The notes under the pieces were generated by a model, which saw only the letters and a list, made by a program, of their open reading frames with translations, did no database searches and was not told the DNA's origin. From an uncultured Actinomycetes bacterium (lineage in GTDB: Bacteria; Actinomycetota; Acidimicrobiia; IMCC26256; JACDBD01), in assembly GCA_963781615.1 (NCBI GenBank), contig CAWAGI010000008.1:3939-67938 (forward strand): DNA of 64,000 nt, written 5' to 3'. The position numbers and the translations under genes were made by a program. Below, one piece after another: positions 12,056-22,009 of the stretch. Position 1 is the stretch's first letter. The number at the start of each line of letters is the position of its first letter.

Positions 12056-14179
12056 TCAGCGACCGCCCCGGCCGCCGCCACCGCCACCCCCGCCGCCACC
12101 GCCGGCCCCACCGCCGCGGGTCGGTCGCCGCCGCGGTCGCGCGGGTTGGGCCCCGGTGCGGGCGCGGGCGGCGGTGGGCCCGTGTCGGGCGGCGCCGGCG
12201 GTGGGACGTACGTCGTGCGGCCGGCGACCGGGTCGACGAACTTGCCCGGCGCGGCGCAGGCCGGTCCCGGCGCCGGGAAGGGAGCGTCGGCGGTGCCGCG
12301 GAGCGCGGGGACCATGAAGCCGCGCCAGATGCCGTTCGGGACGCCGGCGCCGAACCCGGCGCCGGGGACGTCCTGGTCGGGCATGCCGTGCCACACGTCG
12401 GTCACGAGGTTGGGCGTCCCACCGAGGAACGCCGAGCTGACCTTGCGGTCGTTCGTGCCGGTCTTGCCGAACGCGTCATGTCCCGGGATCCCCTTGCCCG
12501 ACGCGGTCCCACTGGGGTCGTCGATCGGGCCGTGGAGGATGCTCACCGCGCAGTGGGCGACGTTGGGGTCGAGCACGCGGGTACCCGGACGGCCGGCCTC
12601 GTCGAACAGGACCCTGCCGTCGGGCTCCACGACCTTGGACACGAAGATCGGGTCGTGGTGGACGCCGTCGCCGGCGATGGTCGCCGTGATGTTCGCCATC
12701 TCGAGCGGTGTGACCGAGATGACGCCGAGCGTGAACGTGAGGACCCGCCATTCGTTGACCGGCTGGCGCCCGGGGACCACCGATCGCATGCCCATCTTCT
12801 GGGCCATGTCGATGACCTTGTCGAGGCCCACGCTGGTGGACAGACGCACGAACGCGCAGTTCACCGACTCGGCCGTCGCCTGGTCGATCGTCATGACGCC
12901 CCCGCCGCCCTCGGCGTTGTCGGTCGACCCGCCGAAGCCCGGCACGCTGCACGGCGCCGTCCCGTCGACCTGGTCGTTGCGCGAGTAGCCGTTCTGGAGG
13001 ATCGTCGCCAACGTCGTGATCTTGAAGCTCGACCCGACCTGGCGCCCGGCGCCGTCGGTGGCGAGGTTGAACTTGGCTTCGCCGTACGGGCGGCTGTCGG
13101 TCATCGCCTTCACGTAGCCCGTCTTGGGATCCATGGAGACGAGCGCGGCGGCGAACCCCGAGGTGGCCGATCGCAGCCCTTGGGAGACGGCGGCGTCGGC
13201 TTTCTGCTGCAGCGTTCGGGTCCAGCGTCGTGTAGACCTTCAAGCCTCCCTGCAGCAGCTTGTCGCGACGCTCCTCCGGCGTCGCGCCCAGCCGCGGGTC
13301 GTTCAACAGGATGTCCTGCGCCTTCTGGGTCCAGGCGTTGTCGGGTCGCAGCTCCGCCGAGGGCTTCACCGTCGGCAACGGCTCGTTGTTGGCCTCGTCT
13401 GCTTGCGCCTGCGTGATGTACTGCTCCTCGACCATCCCCTTCAGCACGTCCGCCCGCCGTTCGAGCGCGCGGTCCGGGTGCACGAAGGGGTTGTCACCCT
13501 CGGGGTTCTGGATCAATCCCGCCATCAACGCCGACTCGCCCACCGTGAGCTCGCCGAGCTGCTTGCCTCGAATGCCGAACGGCGCCGAGGGATCGGGAGT
13601 GAGGAAGAAGCGGCGTGCCGTGGCCTTGACGCCGTACGAGCCCTGCCCGAAGTAGACGGTGTTGAGGTACTGCTTGAGGATCTCCCGCTTCGAGTACTTG
13701 TTGTTGAGCCGGTAGGCCAGGACGAGCTCCTTCGCCTTCCGTTGCAGGTCCTGCTTGTTCCCGAGGATCCGGTTCTTGACCAGCTGCTGCGTGATCGTCG
13801 ACCCGCCCTGGCTGATCTCGCCCTTCGTGAGGTTCTCGACGAACGCACGCGACACGCCGGAGACGTCGATGCCCGAGTTCGTCCAGAACGTCTTGTCCTC
13901 GGTCGCGATCACCGCGTTGATCAGGATCTGCGGCACCTCGTCGAGCCCGGCCGGCTCACGGTCCTGCACGCCGAGCTTGCCGATCTGCGCGCCGGTCGCG
14001 TCGTACACCGTCGTCGGCTGCGAGAGCTCGCCGAGGCTCCCGACCGTGGGGGTGTAGCGATTCGCCTGCGCGATCTGGCGCGCGCCCGGGATCAGCGCGG
14101 CGAAACACACGGCGAGGGGAAACCCGCCGGCCAGGATGATGACCGCGAACCTCGCAAGAATCGGAGCACGTCGTGGCAT
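12056..14179 (-). CDS. Class A penicillin-binding protein (transglycosylase-transpeptidase) with Pro/Gly-rich tail; frameshifts near 13215 and 12140
   Basis: ATEDKTF, QGGSTITQQLVKN, YLNTVYFG; SxxK (GSSFK), SVN, KTGT; tail ends GGGGGRGGR*. Confidence 0.9.
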
Positions 14180-14310
14180 GGCTCGGACTTCTCTGGGCGT
14201 ATCCAGGGACCAGGTGGATCGCGCTTGGGGATCGGCACTCCGCACCCGACCCCCGATCGCCAAAGGCTATGGACCGGTCGCCCGGGAGGAAAGTCGGCTC
14301 GTGCGCCGAG

Positions 14311-14630
14311 CTACCACCGCTCCCGGTGGACGACCTCGTCGAAGGGGCGACGGCTCGGACGGCGGATCGGGCGCAGTGGCCTGCCAGCTGGGTAGCCGAG
14401 CGGGATCAGCAACGCGCACGAGCGGTCGTCGGGGAACCCGAGGATGCGACGGGCCAGGTCCTGGTCCGCGACGGCGGAGTGGCCGCTGCCGATGCCGAGG
14501 TCGGCGGCGGCGAGGACGATGCTCATCGCGGCCTGTCCGAGGTCGAACTGGATCGACCCACGCGTGTGGGCGTCGGAGGCGGCCGAAACGACGAGCGCGA
14601 TCGTCGCCGCCGAGGTGGCGACGTCTCGAG
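14311..14630 (-). pseudogene. Nitroreductase, C-terminal half only
   Basis: FDLGQAAMSIVLAAADLGIGSGHS...LGYPAGRPLRPIRRPSRRPFDEVVHRERW; N-terminal RRxxR FMN motif absent. Confidence 0.75.
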
Positions 14631-14817
14631 GGCAGCTTCGCTGAGTTCGATAAAGCGAAGAGGCGAAGGGGACCCACCTGACTGACATTGTCGGGCGAGG
14701 CTGTGACGATCCTGGATGCGCTACCCGTACCAGAACGACCGCTAGGTCAGGCCCTCGGACGCTACGAGCAACCTCGTCGCGTCTGCACGAGACTCTCCAT
14801 CAGGGCAATATGCGCTG

Positions 14818-15201
14818 GTGGGTGTCCGGTCACTGGTCCAGGTTGCGCAGCGTGTCGAGGACCTCGATCGAGCCGTTGAGTTCTACGGCTCAGTGCTGGG
14901 CCTTCGCCTCATCGCTCGGTTCGATGCGCAATGCCTTGCCTTTTTCGACCTCGGGTCGACCCGCCTCCTGCTCGGCCCGAATCATTACTCCTCGTCGCTG
15001 TTTCTGGAAGTCGACGACATTGATGAGGCTGTCGGCGCGCTCAGCGCCGCGGGTGCTCGCTTCGAGGGACAACCTCGATTGATGCACACAGACGAGTCAG
15101 GCTTGTTCGGGCCCGTCGGCACCCAAGAATGGATGGCCTTCGTTTGGGACTCCGAAGGGAACTTGCTCGGACTCGTGGAGCGCCGTCAATCCACTGGGTA
15201 G
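14818..15201 (+). CDS. VOC/glyoxalase family protein
   Basis: QVAQRVEDLDRAVEFY, LAFFDLG, WMAFVWDSEGNLLGL. Confidence 0.88.
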   Translation: MGVRSLVQVAQRVEDLDRAVEFYGSVLGLRLIARFDAQCLAFFDLGSTRLLLGPNHYSSSLFLEVDDIDEAVGALSAAGARFEGQPRLMHTDESGLFGPVGTQEWMAFVWDSEGNLLGLVERRQSTG

Positions 15202-15261
15202 TCCCGTCTTCTCGGGCATGCCATTCCATCAAGACGCGGTAGTGATCACAGCACTGCCGAT

Positions 15262-15382
15262 CTCCGCATCGCCGACGTCGGCGTCATGCCCAACGTGGTC
15301 CAGCGGCAACACCAACGCGGCCTCCATCATGATCGGCGAGAAGGCGGCTGAGATGCTCGCCGCCGACACCATGTCCAGCTGA
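15262..15382 (+). pseudogene. C-terminal remnant of a GMC (choline dehydrogenase-like) oxidoreductase
   Basis: Manual translation LRIADVGVMPNVV/SGNTNAASIMIGEKAAEMLAAD (one frameshift), the GMC C-terminal signature. Confidence 0.8.
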
Positions 15383-15524
15383 AGGAGTTCGACGCCCCAC
15401 CGGATGAGCCCGGTCCATCAGCGCTGGGTGAGCTTCGAGGTCGACGAGCCGCTGCGTGACGTCGCAAAGGCCTGCCGTTTCAGAGTCGCCTGACGGTGTC
15501 GGCCACCGGTCGACCTGCTGGGAC

Positions 15525-16733
15525 TTACCCGCTTGGTGTCGCGGCGACAACGATGAACATCAGCGCGGCGGCGAGCGCGAGATTGGCGGCAACGACGCGG
15601 CGATAGCGCGGGATGGCGAGCCGCCGGGCAGCCACGGCGGCCAGGATCACCTGGAACAGGTAGTAGAGGGCAAACGCCCGAGACGCGAGGCTCACGATCG
15701 AGAAGACATCCACGAACCACACGACCAGCACGGCGCCGAGGGCTACGACCGGATACCCGATGTTCTGGGGCTGGTGGCGGGGGCGGTCGGTCAGCATCTC
15801 GGCGCCACCGGCGGTGTCCGCGGTGGCGGCGGAGAGTTGGCTCGCGACCGCGGCGACGACGAGCATCGGAACGAGCACTGGCGAGACGACGCGCGCGGCG
15901 TCCAGGATCGACGTTTCGCGGGGCCCTGCGCCGAGATCATCGAAGAACGTCACGACGAGCGCGGCGAAGCCGACGTAGATCGCGCCACTGATGATCTGGG
16001 CGTGACGCATCGTCCGCGCTCGGAGGGCCGGGCCGTAGTAGTGGCCGAGGTAGCGTGACGTCTCGAAGCCCTGGACGACGAGCAACATCCCCGCCAGTCG
16101 ACGGGCGACGGTGAGGCCGTCGAATGTGATCGGGTGGTGTCGGTAGGCGGTGACGGTCGCCGAGCCGTGAACCACGTCGAAGACGGCCATGCCTGCGAGC
16201 AGCCCCGCGATCACCGCGATCTTGACGTCGACGGCCGGGATCTCGACCGTCTCGATTCCGTGCAGCCCGCGGACGATGCCGATGGTCGCGATCGCCACGA
16301 GGATGCCTGTCGTCATCACACGGTCGTTGAATTCGTTCTGTACGCCCACGCTCTCCAACACGAACGACGCGAGGAGGCGTAGATAGAAGGCGACCGAGAT
16401 CGTGTACGCGAATCCGAGCGCGACCCGCGAGATTCGCTCGAGGTCGCGCGCCACCTTCGGCGCGTCGGATGACGCCAGCAAGGCCTCGGTGTGGACGATG
16501 TTGAAGCGCAGCGCCGCGCCGATCGCGTACGCCGCGAGCACGATGCCGACCATCGCCGGCGCGGCCCAGGCGCCCACCGTCTCCGCAAGGAGCGGCGCCA
16601 GCACCAGGAAGCCACTCCCGATGATGGACGCCAACGGGGTGACGGTGGCGCGCCAAGTCGTGGACCCGCGTACCCTGCGACCTGCGAGCACGAGCGCGCA
16701 CGAGGCCGTCGCGACGAGGACGACGACCAGCAT
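15525..16733 (-). CDS. APC-superfamily-like membrane transporter
   Basis: TVTPLASIIGSGFL, VQGFETSRYLG; about 11 TM. Confidence 0.8.
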   Translation of the reverse strand: MLVVVLVATASCALVLAGRRVRGSTTWRATVTPLASIIGSGFLVLAPLLAETVGAWAAPAMVGIVLAAYAIGAALRFNIVHTEALLASSDAPKVARDLERISRVALGFAYTISVAFYLRLLASFVLESVGVQNEFNDRVMTTGILVAIATIGIVRGLHGIETVEIPAVDVKIAVIAGLLAGMAVFDVVHGSATVTAYRHHPITFDGLTVARRLAGMLLVVQGFETSRYLGHYYGPALRARTMRHAQIISGAIYVGFAALVVTFFDDLGAGPRETSILDAARVVSPVLVPMLVVAAVASQLSAATADTAGGAEMLTDRPRHQPQNIGYPVVALGAVLVVWFVDVFSIVSLASRAFALYYLFQVILAAVAARRLAIPRYRRVVAANLALAAALMFIVVAATPSG

Positions 16734-16784
16734 CAGGCCCGGTTCATCGTCCCGTTTGCGCCGGTGGGAAGCGTGGGTTGTCGC

Positions 16785-16979
16785 CTACGCGGACATTGTC
16801 GGCACTGGAACCTCGTCGGAGAACGCCGCGCCGCCCTTCTGTGCCGCGACGACGTGCGTCAGCTCCGGCACCCGGCGGAGCGCCGGCAGGAACCGATCGA
16901 CGAGCCCACCCGGCACCATGAATAGGTACGAGACACCGTCGGCCACCAGCGACTTGAGAACGAAGTCGGTCCCGAGCAC
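16785..16979 (-). pseudogene. N-terminal remnant of a thiamine-diphosphate-dependent enzyme (acetolactate synthase-like)
   Basis: GAGGAGG RBS; GTDFVLKSLVADGVSYLFMVPGG...VVAAQKGGAAFSD, truncated at about 60 aa. Confidence 0.75.
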
Positions 16980-17148
16980 ACATCCTCCTCGCGGAAGCTA
17001 TCGACGTCACTCCCGGCGAGAAAGCAGGACTGGTGTGATGGACTTCTGTGAGGTACGCCAGGCCGCTCGTCCGCCCGATCCCCGACCCTGCGTCGGAGAC
17101 CAGACCTGCCCTCCCGGCGAACGCGACGAGGGCGACCGTCGAGGATCG

Positions 17149-17457
17149 TCAGGGGTCGCGCCGTTCGGGGCGCAGGGGCCGGTTCAGAACCTCGAGGAGC
17201 CAGCGTTCGTACTGCTCGCCGAGGCGGCGCGTCCGGCCCCGCGGTGGGTGCGCAATTCCGTGGCCACAACCGAGTGCGCCGGATCCGATGGTCTCGGCGC
17301 TGCGAAGTCCTCGTTTGCGAGCCTGCCCACGAGTTCACGTGGCAGACGCGTGGGCACTCCGGCGCATGCCCCACCACGCGGATCGCCGTCCCGACATGCG
17401 CGTCACGCTCGAGAGCCTCAAGCACGTGGCCGAGAGCGAGGCCGCCCGTCGATCGTG
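17149..17457. pseudogene. Joined remnants: TetR-like C-terminus (- strand, 17149-17222) and SRPBCC/polyketide-cyclase fragments (+ strand, 17225-17457)
   Basis: - strand EQYERWLLEVLNRPLRPERRDP*; + strand VGAQFRGHNRVRRIRWSRRCEVLVCEPAHEFTWQT and MRVTLESLKHVAES. Confidence 0.55.
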
Positions 17458-17502
17458 AAGCACCCCACGAACGCTCCTGGCGTCCGGTGATGCAACGACG
17501 GG

Positions 17503-17823
17503 TCAACCAGAAGCCGATGCCGCGACACGTTCGCGCACCCAGGCGAGGCTCTCGGGCTTCGCCATCGCTTCCTCCCATCCGGCCAGCGCCGAATTGATGG
17601 CGTCTCCCCCATCGATGACGCCCAAGACCTCCACGGTCACCGACTCGGTCGAGATCTCGCGCCGGCTGTACGGCTCCGCCATGACGTACACCTCGCCGGT
17701 GTCGGCGATCCAGGAGACCTCGAACCGCCGGTCGTTCTCGGACCACTCCCGGCCGAACTCGATCTCGTCCGAAGCTCGCCGTCGTGGGTCCTGGTCGTAG
17801 AACTCTTCGATGTCCATGCTCAC
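17503..17823 (-). CDS. Conserved-looking hypothetical protein
   Basis: MDIEEFYDQDPRRRASDEIEFGREW...VSWIADTGEVYVM; clean codon usage. Confidence 0.75.
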   Translation of the reverse strand: MSMDIEEFYDQDPRRRASDEIEFGREWSENDRRFEVSWIADTGEVYVMAEPYSRREISTESVTVEVLGVIDGGDAINSALAGWEEAMAKPESLAWVRERVAASASG

Positions 17824-17836
17824 TCGCTGCGAGCCG

Positions 17837-18248
17837 TTAGAAGTGACCGAGGACAGGGTGCGGTAGGTAGGGCTCCTCGAGGCGTTTCACCTCGTCGTCG
17901 GTGAGCTCCAGCTCTTCGGCGGCGAGCGCGTCCGTGAGGTGGTTGAGCTTCGTGGCCATCGTGTGGTCGAGGACCGGTCCCATGATCTCGGTGAGAATCT
18001 GGGACGAGTAGGTCTCGTGGTCACGGAGCACGGTCATCACTTCGTCGTGGCCGAGCACGTTGAACGACGGATCGCGGTCCTCGTCGACGGTTCCCACGTC
18101 GTCGGCGCAGGGGCCACTCGAGCTGGACGGGACCCTTCCGGCGGGCGGCGGCGAGGTGCGGGTAGGGGTCGTCGGCGGTGCCGAGCTGGATCGTGTCGGG
18201 CAGCTCGAACGGATCGAAGCCGGCCACCGGGGCGCCGGACTCGATCAT
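17837..18248 (-). pseudogene. Chimera: cytochrome P450 N-terminus joined to aldo/keto reductase C-terminus
   Basis: DDPYPHLAAARRKGPV...VLGHDEVMTVLRDHETYSS (P450-like), then ATKLNHLTDALAAEELELTDDEVKRLEEPYLPHPVLGH (AKR C-terminus). Confidence 0.75.
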
Positions 18249-18266
18249 GCCGACCGGGGCGCTGGG

Positions 18267-18322
18267 AATACCGACGGGTATCTGATACCGCTCAGTATCG
18301 GATACCTGACGGTATCTGTCAA
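18267..18322 (-). promoter_or_regulatory. Sigma70 promoter overlapped by three tandem GATAC-N6-GTATC palindromic operators
   Basis: Units at 18267-82, 18284-99, 18301-16; -35 TTGACA (18322-17) and -10 GATACT (18299-94) with 17-nt spacer. Confidence 0.8.
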
Positions 18323-18347
18323 TGCCCAGGGGCCCGAGGACGCCCGT

Positions 18348-18704
18348 CTAGCTCGCCGTCCAGGCGATTGCCGCGGCCCGTTCTGCGAGCGGGAAGTGCT
18401 TCACCTCACCCGGCGTCATCCACCCGAACATCGTGGTCATGTGCACCATCCACTCGATGTCCGTGACGAGCGCGATGCGCTTCCAGGCGCGCAGATGCTC
18501 GACTCCCATCTTGAGGTCCTCCCAGAGGGCGCCGGCCGAGAGTCCCTCGAACTCGCCGATGACGATCACGCATCGGACGTCGCCGTCACGTGCCGCCCGC
18601 TCGACCGCGGGCAACAGGACGTCGCGGTAGTCCTCGGCGTGCAGCTTGCCGGCCGTCTCGAATCCGATGACGCCGGCCGGTAGGTCGGTCAGCTCCTTGA
18701 TCAT
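18348..18704 (-). CDS. SpoIIAA-like (STAS/SEC14 domain) protein
   Basis: GKLHAEDY, ALWEDLKMG, WKRIALVTD, PGEVKHF, AIAW. Confidence 0.9.
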   Translation of the reverse strand: MIKELTDLPAGVIGFETAGKLHAEDYRDVLLPAVERAARDGDVRCVIVIGEFEGLSAGALWEDLKMGVEHLRAWKRIALVTDIEWMVHMTTMFGWMTPGEVKHFPLAERAAAIAWTAS

Positions 18705-18775
18705 GATCCTCCCTTCTTCGCCACCGCCGGTCGTTGACCGCGCGACGGACGCTATGTCGCCGTACTGTCTGCGTC

Positions 18776-19570
18776 ATGACGAACAGTCTGCAAGTCGAGA
18801 ACGACGGGCGGTTGCGCGTGCTGCGCCTGAACCGTCCCGAGCGGAAGAACGCGCTCGACGGCGAGCTCCTCGGAGCCATCGTGGGCGCGGTTCGCGATGC
18901 CGCGCACGACGAAGAGGTCTGGGCCCTCGCATTGACGGGGAACGGTGACGCCTTCTGTTCCGGTCTCGACCTGGCGGCGAACGACTCCGACCCGGACGCC
19001 GGTGCGGAGGAAACGTCGTCCCCGGACGACGGGGCCGACAACTTCCCAATGGTCATGCGGGTCGAGTGCGAGAAGCCAATTCTCGCCGGGGTCAACGGCG
19101 TGGCCGTCGGGATCGGCGTGTCGCTCGCCATGGCCGCGGACATCCGCATCGCGGCGCCATCAGCGCGGTTCCATCCGGGCTATGCCCGTGTCGCGACCTC
19201 ACCTGACGGAGGGGCCACCCTGACGATCTCGCAGGCACTCGGTTACGAGGGTGCGATGCGGTTCTTCCTCGAGCAGCGCATGGTGTCCGCGGCGGAGGCG
19301 CGCGACATCGGCCTGGTCGGTGAGGTCACCGAAAGCGATGCCGATTTCGAGGACCGCTTCCTCGCCTACGGGCGGATGCTCGCTGCGACCGCTCCGATCG
19401 CGGCCCAGCAGACGAAGCGGCTCGTCAGCCGGGTCACGACGCCGGCCGACCTTCCCGCGCACCTCGAGGAGGAGATCCGCCTTGCGCTGCACGGCCTCTC
19501 GAGCGAGGACAGTCGTGAAGCGCTCCGGGCGATGATGACGAAGGAATCACCGCATTTCGAAGGCCGGTGA
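18776..19570 (+). CDS. Enoyl-CoA hydratase/isomerase family protein
   Basis: LNRPERKNAL, AFCSGLDL, KPILAGVNGVAVG, ADIRIA. Confidence 0.92.
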   Translation: MTNSLQVENDGRLRVLRLNRPERKNALDGELLGAIVGAVRDAAHDEEVWALALTGNGDAFCSGLDLAANDSDPDAGAEETSSPDDGADNFPMVMRVECEKPILAGVNGVAVGIGVSLAMAADIRIAAPSARFHPGYARVATSPDGGATLTISQALGYEGAMRFFLEQRMVSAAEARDIGLVGEVTESDADFEDRFLAYGRMLAATAPIAAQQTKRLVSRVTTPADLPAHLEEEIRLALHGLSSEDSREALRAMMTKESPHFEGR

Positions 19571-19867
19571 TCCGACCTGGCGGTGTTGGTCCAGGGTGTG
19601 CCTTGGTGCCCGCGACAGACCCGCGATTGTGAGCAGCAGTTGGGTGTGGGAGGCGTCTCCGCCGGCGTACCTCCCGACGGACCTGAGGTGAACGCTCAGG
19701 GCGTTCCTCCCGTTACTCCGCTCTGTCGACTCCTCCGTGGCGAGGCGTCCTTTCTGCAACGCCGAGCAAGGGTCGTGTTCCCTCCTCGTGGTCCTGTAAC
19801 GGAGGGGGGTTTGCGGACGGTTCTTTGGGTGAGAAGGACAAACAGCCCAATACGGGATGGTGATCGA

Positions 19868-20206
19868 ATGAAGAAGACGTTCGTGACCCTCGTGGCGGCG
19901 GCCGCATTGACCGCTTCTGCGGGCTGGATCTCGGTGGCTGGGGCAACACCTAGCCCTGACCCTGACGCCAACGGGGACGTGCACTCGAACTGCCACACCG
20001 GATCCAAGTTCCGGGGTGCAGGCGGCGAAGACGAGGGTCCCGGCAACCCCAAGGACACGAGCGACGAGGACCGCTGCGCTGCTGCGCCGGTGACGCCGCC
20101 CGGACCGTCCGGGCCGCCCGGTCCAGCCGCTGCATCGTCGGCTGCTGCACCGTCGGCTGCTGCGCCTGCGGCCGCGGTACGGGGTGTGCCGACGCTCACC
20201 GGATAG
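19868..20206 (+). CDS. Small secreted Pro/Ala-rich protein ending in PTLTG
   Basis: MKKTFVTLVAAAAL signal peptide; two Cys; AAAPS repeats. Confidence 0.7.
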   Translation: MKKTFVTLVAAAALTASAGWISVAGATPSPDPDANGDVHSNCHTGSKFRGAGGEDEGPGNPKDTSDEDRCAAAPVTPPGPSGPPGPAAASSAAAPSAAAPAAAVRGVPTLTG

Positions 20207-20235
20207 CGGTTCCCAAAACGATACATTGCGGAAGC

Positions 20236-20257
20236 GCCCCCGCTGAAAGGCGGGGGC
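20236..20257 (+). terminator. Intrinsic terminator-like hairpin
   Basis: GCCCCCGCT-GAAA-GGCGGGGGC, 30 nt after stop. Confidence 0.7.
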
Positions 20258-20349
20258 CCTTCTGCATCAGGTCCACTGATACCCATGGGACAGCCCGACA
20301 CTGTCGGGCGATAGAGGCGATGAGCAGGAGTGCTTCCCGAAACGCCCGC

Positions 20350-20820
20350 TCAGCCACCCGAACACATGGAAGGCTGACCGTGTTTGAGACCTTTCGAGCA
20401 AGCTGGTCGAGAAGTCGAGGAGCCTGGGGCAGACGCGTCGCTAGGAGGGGGCGACGAAGCCGAGGAAAGTTGCGAACCGCTCGAGTCCGATGACGGCCGC
20501 GCCGGCGCCTGCACGCCCGCCGTGGCATTCGCCAAGGAATTGGAACGCGGTAGGCGTGCACGCCCGGTCTGCACGCCGGTGCTGGGCGGACCCGGGTCAG
20601 TGGTCGTGTCAGGCGGCGGCGGGTCGGTAGTCGTGGCCGGTGAGGACGACGACGGAGGTGTGGTGCTGGACGGTCGCTGCACGGGAGTCGCCGCGCGGTG
20701 GCCCCCGCTCACTCCGGGCGAGATGGTGTACAGACCTGCGAACGCGAGAACCACAAACACCGCTGCCACTACGACGGCCGCGCCCATGACCCCCGCAACC
20801 ACGACAATGGCTTTGCGCAT
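20350..20820 (-). CDS. Membrane-anchored Pro/Ser/Thr-rich hypothetical protein
   Basis: MRKAIVVVAG N-terminal TM; low-complexity linker; C-terminal Cys pair. Confidence 0.55.
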   Translation of the reverse strand: MRKAIVVVAGVMGAAVVVAAVFVVLAFAGLYTISPGVSGGHRAATPVQRPSSTTPPSSSSPATTTDPPPPDTTTDPGPPSTGVQTGRARLPRSNSLANATAGVQAPARPSSDSSGSQLSSASSPPPSDASAPGSSTSRPACSKGLKHGQPSMCSGG

Positions 20821-21112
20821 CGCCGCGTGTCTCTCGTTGTGACGCGACGCGGGCGCGTCGCTCTCGTATGCCGGAGACCGTCGGCGTACCCCGGCGAACC
20901 GCTCTCCGCCCCGCCACTGCGCGACCACGCGAAGGGTTCGGTTCGCGCGAGGAAATCGTCGTCATGCCCTGTCACGATTCCAATCCCTCGAACGACCGCC
21001 TCATCGCCGTGCCCTCCTGCACGGTGACAGAAGACGCCAACGGTACTCGGCGTGGCAAGCTGCGATCCCAAGGTCTTCGGTAGGGCACCGCCGCACGCGG
21101 CATGCTCCGGGG

Positions 21113-22009
21113 GTGGGTGATCGCGTGAATGCTCCGAAGCTGTGGCGGCGGTCGGTCTGTCTCGCTCTCGCCTGCTTGTTCCTCTACCCGGTGGCGAGCG
21201 CCGCCGCTGCTGCACCGATGCCGCGTAGCTACGTCGTGCTCGGTGACTCCTACGCCGCGGGGCCCGGCATCCCCCAACAAGTGGGCGACCCGCCCGGGTG
21301 CGCGCGATCCGATCACAATTACGCCCATCTGGTTGCCCCGTCGTTGAGGCAGAGCGCGTTCCGGGACGCGAGCTGTATCGGCGCCGTCACGTCTGACATC
21401 GCCTCGCCCCAGAGTCACGACGTCGGCTCGTCGCCGAACCCGGCGCAGCTCGACAGCCTCGATGCCAACACCCGCGTGGTGACCCTCCAGGTCGGCGGGA
21501 ACGACATCGGATTCTCCGAGATCGCGTACAGGTGCGCCGCCTACAACCCCGGCGCCACCCCGTGCCAGGACAACTACGTCCGCAACGGAACCGACGAGCT
21601 CAGCCGACGCATCGCGGCGGTCGCCCCGAGAGTCACAGACGTGCTGCGTCGGATTCACGCCCGTTCACCCCACGCCCGGATCTACGTGGTGGGATACCCC
21701 GCGATCTTGCCCGACTCGGGGACGGGCTGCTGGCCGCGCCTGCCGTACGCCGACCCTGACGTGCCGTATCTCCGGGCTGTACAACGCGGGCTCAACGCCA
21801 TGCTCCGAGCCCGGGCGAAGGCGAACCGGGGCATCTATGTCGACACGTACAAGCCGAGCATCGGACACGACGCGTGTCAGCCACAGGCAGTGAGGTGGGT
21901 CGAGCCGGTGTTCGACGCTTCGGGGGTCCCGCTCCATCCCAACGCCGCCGGCATGGAGGGCATGGCCTCAGCCGTCCTGGCCGCCGTCCGCGCACACGGC
22001 GGAAAGTGA
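21113..22009 (+). CDS. Secreted SGNH/GDSL hydrolase
   Basis: YVVLGDSYAAG, VGGNDIGF, GHDAC, LHPN; signal peptide. Confidence 0.93.
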   Translation: MGDRVNAPKLWRRSVCLALACLFLYPVASAAAAAPMPRSYVVLGDSYAAGPGIPQQVGDPPGCARSDHNYAHLVAPSLRQSAFRDASCIGAVTSDIASPQSHDVGSSPNPAQLDSLDANTRVVTLQVGGNDIGFSEIAYRCAAYNPGATPCQDNYVRNGTDELSRRIAAVAPRVTDVLRRIHARSPHARIYVVGYPAILPDSGTGCWPRLPYADPDVPYLRAVQRGLNAMLRARAKANRGIYVDTYKPSIGHDACQPQAVRWVEPVFDASGVPLHPNAAGMEGMASAVLAAVRAHGGK

